Part shown: positions 52,426 to 62,330 of the stretch, in pieces | How positions within the stretch are numbered: the stretch's first letter is position 1 | Layout: each line of letters begins with the position of its first letter | Assembly (NCBI GenBank): GCA_043228905.1 | Contig: JBHGNT010000008.1 | Coordinates: 558,001 to 622,000, forward strand | Source: Azolla caroliniana | Taxonomy: Eukaryota; Plantae; Polypodiophyta | Reading direction: 5' to 3' | Length of the DNA stretch: 64,000 bases | Notes under the pieces: model-generated | The model's input: only the letters and a program-made list of their open reading frames with translations | The model's database searches: none | Told to the model about the DNA's origin: nothing | Program-made: the position numbers and the translations under genes

Positions 52426-55400
52426 ACGGTACGAGGATGGCGATACCAGTGGCGGGAAAGCGGATCAAAGCGTTCAAGAAGCGCCACGACGGCGAATCGG
52501 ATCTAAGAGGCCTAGACAACGACGATGATCAGTCCAAGGCGGAGGACGAACCGATGGACGAGGAACCGGAAGCGGGGCCGTTTTTCTCCAACCAGAACCC
52601 AATTTTGGCGCATACCGGTGGATGCGCTGTTAGGTGGGGGCGGATGTCGTGAAGAAAACCGTCCCCTAGCGTAATTGGTGAATAGTACACAGGAATCGGC
52701 CCTTCACGTGTGCGCGCTCTTAATGTATATAATAGAGAATTAGGTACAGAGAGAGATCCGGGGTAGTTAGATTCGGTAGGTAGGAAGTAAATGAGGGAGA
52801 CGACTCCCCTCTTGACGCTATAAAGGAGAGGAAGACGCAAGGAAAAAAGGGATAGCGCATTAAGGAGGACAAAGTGTTGTTGGACCGGAACCGAACGCTT
52901 CTCCTCTGTCTGTTCTCTATTGCCCTTCTCTGCAGGTTTCGGAAGGCTCGCGCTGCTTCGAGGAACGCCCGTGTGCTTCCGGCAGCACTTCCATCCTATC
53001 CCCATTTCGTGCGTAGACGAACAGGCATTGGCATCTGTCCGCCGACCTGTTCGGTTGTAGCCGCTCGCGTGTTCTGCTGTGTACTCGTTATTCGTTAATA
53101 TACAAACACTTGTTTCTTCCTGTCTCTGTGTCCATTCGCGTCTTCTGTGTTGACGGGCCACGCCCCTATGTTTCTTTGCTCATACGTGACCGGGCGTCTC
53201 TCTCCTTCTCTTTCCCCTTCTATCACCTGCTCTTCGGTTCAAGACCCCGGTGGTCCCGCCTTGTTTCCCCACGCACGCGCGTAACAACGCGACAACGCCT
53301 TGATAGCCCTCTCTAAAAATCCCTTCGTTCGCCACTGCCGAGGGTTTCACAGTTCCGCTCATGGTTCGGTCGCACGGTCAGGAATTGGACGGAGTGTCGT
53401 CCATCTTGGCTCTTTACGCGCGCTATGCCGAACCGTTATCCAGCACCCATGTCTCCATACGCGTCGCCATAATGTACGACTCGTCAAGTATCACCAGGTG
53501 CGAGAAAGTCTCCTGCACGAAAACGTGTTGATCGATCTCAACGTTGCCAATCTTGACGCGTACATTCGAGCACGCCCCGTGCAGCTCGTCCGTAGCACGG
53601 GTCGTCGCGCGTATGTTCCAACTATGCTTGGTATTGATCGGCTACTTCCCCTTTTTATAGAAGTCCATGGACATCAGGTTGATCTCCGAGCCATGGTCTA
53701 TCAATGCCACCATTGGCTCCTGGATGTCCCCGATCCGAACAGGGGTTCCCATAGTGGCTCTGACCCAGTGCGACCTCGAATAGTGGCTCTCTACCAACTC
53801 GTCTTCTAGGTGAGTGGTTCGCACCTCCACCGGCTTCTCCAAGTCCACGATGGAATTGTGGAACTCCTTCTTGGCGATCCTGAGCACCTCCCTCAGCGAC
53901 AGCTCCACTTTGTTGTCGACGATCTGCTCTTCGAGGACCTTCCGCAGGTCCGTTGACCTCTCAATCTCCGTGTTCAACCGGTAACCGGCCCGCTTCGTTT
54001 TGTCCGGTGCGCCGGGGTTACCAACATCGTTTTGCTTCTACCCGAACCGGGTCTCGTGCCGTTGTGAGGGCCCAACACCTCCAGCTTTTCCCGCGCGCTT
54101 GTCTTCTACCAGAACCTCGTAGTTCTGGCACGCGGCTTCCACGAAACCAGTCTTCTCCTCAACCGGATCATCCCGTCCAGTGACCTCCCGGACCCACGGC
54201 TCCGCGTGATCCACTTCTTCCCTCTTTAGTCGTACGCCAGAGAGGCCTTCTAGCACCAAGGGCCAGAAGCCAGAGTCTTTCGTTTTCCAGTCTTCGTTAC
54301 CTCCTACCCGGATTCCGGCCGATGCCGAATAATGGATGGCCTCTGCATGGCGCGTCTCCACTTCTTCCATTAGCCGCTTCATCCCGCCGCACCCGAAATT
54401 TGTCTCCGTGGCTCTCCGGGTATCACCAGCGTGCACCCGTTTGTTCCATAGGTACACCACATTACCCCTGAGGGCTTCGGAAAACTCCGCGCAGTCTCGC
54501 CGGTTGTGTCCGACCGCGTCGCACCACATACACCGTTGTCCAGCCGGTGGCCTCCGGTCGCGTGGCTGCCCTCCACTATCTCTCCGGTCCTGCACGATCT
54601 GCAGGTCGCGCACCATTTGTGTCACCTCCTCAAGAGCCGCTCCTCCGGATGGGCCCTTGACCGCGTCAGTCGATGTTGAGCCCATGTCAAGCCAATCCCG
54701 GGTTTCCTCTTTTCTTGTCGGCGAAGGTTCATCGAACTTCCTTGCCAGGACGTGTCTCGCCGCCGCCAATCCCTCGTCGCCCTACTCACGCCGCTTGTCG
54801 AAACGGATGCAAAATCCTTTGACCATGGCCCAGTCGGTCGTCAGCCCATCATCTATCTCCAGTAGGAGACCATCGCTTTGATGAACAACAGGACATGGCT
54901 AGTGTCTAGCACGGTCCTATCCAGTGCCGAGAGCCGCGCGAAGCGTTCTTCGAACTCCTGGAGGAGCGCCGACGCGTTCCTCCCCTTTCCGGGGGTCTCC
55001 ACCGACTCCATGAAGTCCCGCTTCGATAACCAAAGTGTATCATCAAGCCCATACCTTTTGAGGAGCCGTGCTTCGAATTCTCCCACGGTCCGCCATCCAG
55101 CCTCTACCTCGAGCACCTCTGCGTGAATTCCTGGTGTCGCCACCCGAGGGAACCCGGTCAGATGCCTATCCTCTGGAATGTCCCTCATCACCATCTCGGT
55201 TCGGTAGGCCACCAAATAGCTCGTGGCGTCCTTCCTACCGAACCGGCCTATCGTGTCGACAATTGCTTCAATGGTCCTGTCGAGGGCACCTGTGCCCTGG
55301 CGAGCACTTACTATCCAATCGACTACTGCCGCCATGGCTTCGGCGAGCTCCGATCCCCTCATCTTCGACTCCTCTGCCGCCTTTCTCACATCGGGTTCAC

Positions 55401-58375
55401 CAAATATGTCGTGTTGTTTCACTTTTGCGTGTGAAATAAGACGGGACCACGGGGGCCCTGAACCGAGGAGCAAACAAGAGGAAGCAAAGAGCGCACACGC
55501 GTAAGGCCTATTAGACCCGTTTGCAACCGACAACACTTGCCGGCCGAATGAACCACCAATGTGTATACCGACTTATTCAAGAAACACACTCGCGGGAAAA
55601 AGGGAGAGTCCCAGAAACACATATAGACTAAAACAGGAGATTCAATTACAATAACAGTAACGATTACAGAGATTGCAATATTACAATCGGATAGTCGGCG
55701 ACAGACCCAACCCAGACAATCACACACCCACACACACACGCAGTAGAACCTTCGCCAGAAGCGCACGGGCTTTCCTCCAAGCAAAAGCATCCGACTCCGA
55801 AAAACCTGCAGAGAATGATGATAATAGATAGAGGAGGAGAGAGCTCGGTTCCCAGTCCGACATCACCTCGTCCTTGCCCCCAGACGCGATAGCCCTTTCA
55901 GCCTTCTCCCCTTTCCTTTTTATAGGCCGCCGGGGAGGGACCGTTACATCCTATCGCATCACCTTTATTCTCTGCCCCTTTAGATAGGGATCCGCCTCGA
56001 TTTACTAGCCTACTATTACACCCTTCCTAGGATATGCACATCACGCCGGCCTATTCTTAATTATGTACTCCTTATCAATATTTGTGCCCGCGCGTAAGGG
56101 CCGGTTCATACACCTTTTTCACTGATTTCGCCTAAGGCCAGTTTTCTTCACGACACCGGGTACGAGCCAAAGCGGACACCGGAGATCGTCCGAACCGGAT
56201 ACTAGCCGAAGTGGACATCAATCAAAAGGAACCGACCCGAGTTGAGCTTGAGGGAGCATGTTGAGAATCAAGGTCAACATAGTGCAACATGTGAACACAC
56301 ATTTTGAGAATCCATGATTACTCAAAGGTCAAGAGTCACACCACTACTCTCTACACATTAACTATGTGTCATAGAATCATATTCTATGACACATAACTAA
56401 TGAGTTACATATTCCCCATGACTATGAGTCTTCACATTCCCCAAGAGAGAGAGTGGTTGTTGTAAAGTTAATGAAGAGAGAGGGTGACTCTATATAAAGC
56501 ACCCTCCTCATACTTTATACAAAGTCGGTTGTGACTCCTTGTAATGCTACATTTTTGTATTTCCTATTCTACTTGTGAATATACACCCTCTTCTTGAGTA
56601 TTCATTTTTCTATCTATCTTGTGAGCTCTCTTCTCTCCTCTAATTCCTCTCACACATACACGTAGCACACATCTCTTTCGTCACACAAGAATCATGCCCA
56701 ATTCTTTACAGTTCCTATGTGCCATTGAGGCCATACTGTAAATAGCCCGAAAAGTTATATGAATATAAATATAACTAGGGCAACTAAATGTATTGATTTA
56801 TGATAACATTTTAGTTGGTTGTTGTTGAAGTATAGATAGACAGAGAGAGGGTGAGAGAGAGATACAGAAAGTCATTTTTGTTGTAACCGCCGGTTGGCGA
56901 AGATACAGAGCTCAAGGACGTTACCTTTGAGACTCTTAGTGAAATACCTCTTACCTATAGTGACCCTATTTGGAGTTTTATGAAATCCTGTGGTTTTTTT
57001 CCCGATTAGGGTTTCCAGGTTAATATTCCGTGTGAGACTCGGTTGTCGCTTTCTATCAATCTGGTATTAGAGCATGGAAGGTCCATTCGGCAGCATGTTC
57101 AAGCTCACCGGCTCCAACTACTCTATGTGGAAGTCGAAGATGAGGGACATGCTAGTGGTTAAAGATCTTTGGTTGCCGGTATAGTTCAGGGACATAAGGC
57201 TAAACCAAGTTGATGCATCAACATGGGAGGTGATGCACATGAAGACAACAACCTACATTAGATGCTTCATCGACATGAGCATGTACAACAACTTCAATGA
57301 GGAGAAGAAAGCGCACGAGCTCTAGGAAAAGATAGGCATCATGTTTGAGAACAAGAATGCCGTAAATCGAGTCTCGGTATTTTGGAAGTTAGTGAAACTC
57401 AAACATCAAGACGGCTCCAGCATGGCAGAGCACATGAATGCCTTCAAGGGGCTTATAAATCAGACTACCTCATTGGAGGCATCCTACAAAGCCGAAGACC
57501 ACAACTTTGTGAGGATGGGGAATGAAGGTGCATGTCGAATTGTTGAAATAGGAGACGTGTTACTGATGACATCAACCGGGTGCAAGATGCAACTGAAAGA
57601 TGTCTGACACGTTCCAGATGTTCGGTTGAACCTGATATTAGCTAGTCGGTTGGATGATGAAGGCTACAAGGGTAGCATTCGGAACGGAATCATGAAGTTC
57701 AACAAAGGGAGCCTGATCGTGGCCCGAGCCGGAAGATCAACACATTGTACTTAATCCATGCCCGGATATGCCGAGAGGAAGCAAACATAAGATCCGACAC
57801 TGTCAGTGAGTTGTGGCACAAGAGGTTGTGTCACATGAGCTAGAAAGGGATGAGAAGACTTGCCGACGACAACCTCATTCCGGAGGTGAAAGACGGGCAG
57901 CTTGAAAAGTGCACCAATTTCTTGGCCGGCAAGCAGAACCAAACCTCTTTCTTGTCGAGACCACCGATGAGGTAGAAAGCACCGTTGGAACTTGTGCATA
58001 CTGACGTATGCTCCGTAGATACGAAGTCACATGTCGGATCATTGTACTTCGTGATGTTTATAAATTACCACAACTTCCAGTTGTGGGTATCCACACTAAA
58101 GATGAAGGATCAGGTAATCCATCTTCTAATATCGGGGGCAGTTCGAGGAGTATTTCCGGTCAAAAGGAATCCGGCTCGAATTTACCGTGCCGAAGACGCC
58201 GAAACTGAACGGAATGACCGAAAGGATGAACCAGACTATGATGGAGAGAGTACGGAGTATGTTGGCACATGCTAAATTGTCCAAGACGTTTTAGGCTGAT
58301 GATGGCGACCTATGTGATAAACATATCACCCTCAACATCCTTGGAAGGAGATACACCACAAAGAATATGGACCGG

Positions 58376-61180
58376 TGTTGTGGTGTGGCTTGCCCATAAG
58401 CGTAGCATTGCGTAGACGAAAGATAACGTGAAAGTGAGGAAGGAATCGTTGGGATTTTGGACGGAAGAGACAAAATAGTAGAAATAGATCAATAGTGATC
58501 AAGAAGATATGACAAGATAGGATATAGAATGATATTTGAAGGAATGAAAGAGATTTATAATTATTTGATAAAATGGTTGCGAGCCGTTGAACGTTCGAAC
58601 TTTGTCTCATAAGGTAATCACTCTTCTCTTTCTTAATAACAATCTTCACTTCAATATTTCAATGAAGATAAGAATTGAACCGTCGCCCTTTCATTGCGAG
58701 TTGAGCACCACAACCGCCAAGCTAGCTCTTCTCTTGTTTTTTCTTTTTCTCTTGCTCTTTTTATCTTATGATATCTCTTATGTAATATAATTCTATTTGA
58801 TTCTCTTGATATATCATATAATATAGTTCTTCGATTTCAAATCCTTCCATATCCTTGTGACTATACTCCCTTCTCCTTTTATAGGAAGGGGAAGGTTTTG
58901 CATGTGGGCCATATGACACACATGCAAAGAGGGCTCTTGCATGTGTGCTATATGGTGCACATGTAGTACATTACATGGTTTAGACTATATATTAGAAATT
59001 CAAATAATATACCATACATAGATATACAAATCATGGATGTTGGGTAAATGGTAAGGTTTGAGACTTGTAAGGTAGATGTTGTTGGTTCAAGTCCTCTCTT
59101 GCCAATGTAATATGCTATATGGTCCTTATGTAATACATTATATGGTTTTATGGCTTAAACCATACAATACTACTACAAATAAAACAATACATTTATATAT
59201 AATATAAATATAGGGTAAATGGTAAGGTTTGAGAGTCGTACGGTGGGGCTTATTTGTTCAAGTCCATGTAATATAATATATATACTTTTTAGTTGTCTCT
59301 ACATATAATGTTTAATGTTTAATATTATCTTTATAAAATATTATCAAGATTTATTTTATTTTAGTTATGTATTTATCTTATTGTAGACTTTTAATGTGAA
59401 GCTTTCGTACTTCATGACATCCACCCGCTCTAGACCTACACATCACCTGGCATGTTCCACTATCTTTCATCTTCATGTTGATCTATTGGAGGAGGTTCAA
59501 GCTCAAACCTTTTCTTAAATAATTTATCCTCTTTCCAGCTACCACGTCTAGGATTAGTGTTCCATCCAATTCACTAAGCTTATAAGTAAAGTTATCATAT
59601 ACTTTTTTTTACTATGTAGGGCCCAAACCATCTTTCAACAAACTTGCGAACAGTGATATGTTGATTATCTAAACTGCTATCATACACAAGCACCCAATCC
59701 CCCTCTTCTATTTTCTTAGGCCGAATTCTATGAGCTTTATCAAAACGAATTTTATTGTTCAATCGAGCCTGTTGTAATCGTTGGGCTGCTAATTCTATAT
59801 CTTTAGGTCGACGCTCTAATTGTTGAATTTGTAAAGCAAGCAATTCTTCTTTGCTCACCTCTTCTCTCCATGGAATAGATGTCCATGACATAATTGATTC
59901 TTCTATTGGCATGATGAGCTTTTGACCAAGTATCAATTCGGCTAGAATGTATCATGTTGTCGAACTATGCATTGTCCGATTCGCCCATAGTGCATAAGGT
60001 AGGATGCGTGGCCAATCTCTAATTTTACCTTTACAACTTTTCACAATTGCCTTAACTATTGGGCTATGTCCTCTTTCAATCTTTCCATTAGCCTCTGGAT
60101 TATAAGCAGTTGTAAGTGATAATTTGACCCCTATGCGACTGAAGAATTCTCTAGCTTCATCAAAATCAAGTTCTCCTCTATCCGCAATTATTTTACCAAC
60201 ACACCCATAACGACATATTACATCTTCTAACAAAAATTTACATACAACTCTAGTTGTTTTTTGTCGTAGCGGTCTTCCTTCTACTTGGTTTGTAAGGTCT
60301 TCTCTTGCTAGACCTAAATATCGCATTTGACATTCCCCAAGTGGCATTGTCACTAGGTTGACCATCCATTTATAATACATTGATGGTGAATATGTTGGTT
60401 TTAGCTCATCTCAATGTCGAATAGTTGAGTACCTCTAGCAGACCTCACAAGTTTCCACAAATTTCATTACATCTTTATACATATGTGGCCACCAATACTT
60501 CTCTTTCAACTTCATAAATGTCGCTCAAATGCCTCTATGTCTTGCCCACAAACTATCATGGAATTCAATATTATAATTAATTTTCTCTTAATATCATCCT
60601 TACCAATGACTCGAAGAGGATTCTCAGTTGGCCTTTTTGGATGCTTCCATAAACACCCTTCTTGTAAAAAAAAACGTGAATGCCCGTCTTCAAAATTCAT
60701 TTAATTGTTTCTTTGACCATGATGGGTTGGCTTCTTGAGTCTTTAAAAAGTTTCCTATTTCTAACCATTGACCTTCATACTCCGTCCGTGTCTTTGAACA
60801 TTATGCTTACATTAAATTCATCATGAGGCTCAATAGATACTTGATGAGTAACTTGATGGCTTATAGTTGCCCAATTCTTATCTTCAGTTTCCATCACCTT
60901 TTCATTTATGAACCTTGCCCTTGACAGCATATCTGCAACTAGGTTCTCTTTGCCCTTTATATGCCTCAATTCTAGGTTCATGGTTTTGATGTATGCAATC
61001 CACCGAAGCATTGCAATACTTGGTGTCGTGCAACTTGTTATCATCCCGATGAGTGGCAGACAATCTGTTTCAACGACTACATTTGCTCCAATCAAGTAAT
61101 CTCTATCTGTTTTTAGTGCAGTAAGCAAACCCCACAATTCTCGTTTAACTTGCACATAATTTCTTTGTCTACACTGACAC
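58376..61180 (-). mobile_element. AT-rich Phygy-like gypsy element G (3' LTR plus INT/RH, 5' part lost)
   Basis: LTR 58376-59419, PPT-like tract at 59420. INT (AREDLTNQVEGR, YNPEANGKIERG, WFGPY) and RH (VKRELWG, ETDCLP) homologous to F and H. Confidence 0.88.
59041..59265 (+). promoter_or_regulatory. Two tRNA-like A/B-box modules in the LTR of G
   Basis: TGGGTAAATGG (59041) ... GGTTCAAGTCC (59084) and AGGGTAAATGG (59212) ... TGTTCAAGTCC (59255). Both 43 nt apart. Confidence 0.6.
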
Positions 61181-61488
61181 TACCTTCTAGCGAAAATTGT
61201 TTAATACCTCAAAATCTTTTAGCAAGTGTAGAGTGAGTTGGAAACATTGACACCAATAGTAATGGCTTAGGAAAGGTTATCTACAGACACTCTGGTTAGG
61301 TAAATGTCCTACGGTGCGAGGTGTAGCTATGAACCGTATGGATCATCCACAAGGGAGGGGGTGGTAGGACATTGATTGGGAGGGAAAACCCATAAACACC
61401 TTGGGGATATACTACATTAGGTTAAAGAACCAGGAAAACAAAGAAATACAATAACCCATTTATACTTCGCTAGTGCAAAAGTGGTTGA
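61180..61488 (+). pseudogene. rpl2: NUPT: 3' part of plastid rpl2
   Basis: [29 protein letters not shown]; disrupted. Confidence 0.85.
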
Positions 61489-61529
61489 CAGGTGGGGATA
61501 CCACGTAGGAGGGTAGTTAGTTACGAGTC

Positions 61530-61818
61530 ATGACACGTTCATAAAAAAAGTCCTTTTGTAGTCAATCACTTAAAAAGAGAGATCGAAAATCTTAATGTGC
61601 GGAGAGAAAAAAAGTTAGTAATAACTTGGTCTTGCGCCTTTGCGTTAGCCCCCATCATGATGGGTAATACTGTCGCTACTCACAATGGGCGGGAACACTT
61701 GCTTATCTATGTAATTGATCGTATGGTAGGTCACAAATTGGGAGAATTCACAACTACCCAAAATTTTTGGGGACATGTTAAAAGTGACAAAGGATCTCAA
61801 GATCCCAGAGATGATTAG
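61530..61818 (+). pseudogene. rps19: NUPT: plastid rps19
   Basis: AGGAGG Shine-Dalgarno at 61507, MTRS..., ITWS...[31 protein letters not shown]; 5' part disrupted. Confidence 0.9.
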
Positions 61819-61832
61819 GAAATCACTTTTTT

Positions 61833-62204
61833 ATGGAGAATGAAAAAAATTGAATATAGGAGTGCAAGCTTCAACAAAGGATATTCGTATGTCAACTACT
61901 ATGGTGCGAGGTGTTGTCAAGTAGATCCAAGGGTGTTCATATAAAGAAGCACTTGTATCACTTGGATTTATGCCTTACATAGCATGTTATCTGATATCAC
62001 AATTGGTTCATTCCACAATGCCAAACACTACTAGTAATCTTGGATTCAAGAAAACGCCAAGAAAACCAACCTCTTCATTAGTGAAATATTAGTAGAGAAT
62101 TCCACTTACCTCAAGTGATTTTCACCCTAAGCTCAGGGTCGTGGTTATCCGATAAAGAAACCCACATGTCAAATAACTATTAAGTCGAAATTGAGCTCGA
62201 TTAA
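61833..62204 (+). pseudogene. rpl22: NUPT: plastid rpl22
   Basis: IRMS, SYKEALVSLGFMPY, AQGRGYPIKKPTCQITI; stops present. Confidence 0.85.
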
Positions 62205-62330
62205 AGAGGGGACTAAAGTTTAAAGGTAGACAAAGTAGTTAGTTTTGGAGACGTGTCAACAAAATTGAAATAGAAAGTTCTTTTAGAAAGAAATTTATTT
62301 AACACTAAGTCGGGGAATAAGTATAAACGT

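Larger units (their letters stand above)
44842..53294 (+). mobile_element. Non-chromoviral Ty3/gypsy element H (Phygy-like) nested in F
   Basis: 650-bp LTRs 44842-45491 and 52645-53294, TSD ACGC/ACGC. gag with CMWCDEVGHIRKDC, DUF4100-like segment, PR LVDHGSEIN, RT FLDDIPIKG, RNase H, INT; few stops. Confidence 0.95.
39906..56155 (-). mobile_element. Non-chromoviral Ty3/gypsy element F (Phygy-like) inserted just before the 3' LTR of C
   Basis: LTRs 39906-40659 and 55407-56155, TSD CCGG/CCGG, tRNA-Trp-type PBS about 55387-55402. Order gag-PR-RT(FLDD)-RH-INT(GPY/F module), degenerate. Confidence 0.93.
29355..56710 (+). mobile_element. Ty1/copia element C (A/B-related), expanded to 27 kb by nested insertions
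   Basis: 452-bp LTRs 29355-29806 and 56259-56710, TSD ATTCC/GTTCC, PBS TGGTATCAAAGC. gag at 29974, INT split by E, RT/RH 37820-39870 with a deletion. Confidence 0.93.
29204..58375 (+). mobile_element. Ty1/copia element D (E-related, internally deleted); its 5' LTR is split by C into 29204-29354 and 56716-57058
   Basis: Both LTR halves align with the E LTR. PBS TGGTATTAGAGC at 57062. gag from 57074, then GAG-pre-integrase and integrase remnants up to 58375, where gypsy G interrupts it. Confidence 0.8.

Noticed and set aside
39906-56155. Bacterial or fungal contamination suggested by high GC
   Set aside because: The GC-rich blocks are bounded by LTRs and TSDs inside plant-type copia elements.
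59030-59105. Functional tRNA gene ending in CCA
   Set aside because: There is no acceptor-stem pairing and the T and anticodon stems are poor. Kept only as an A/B-box module.
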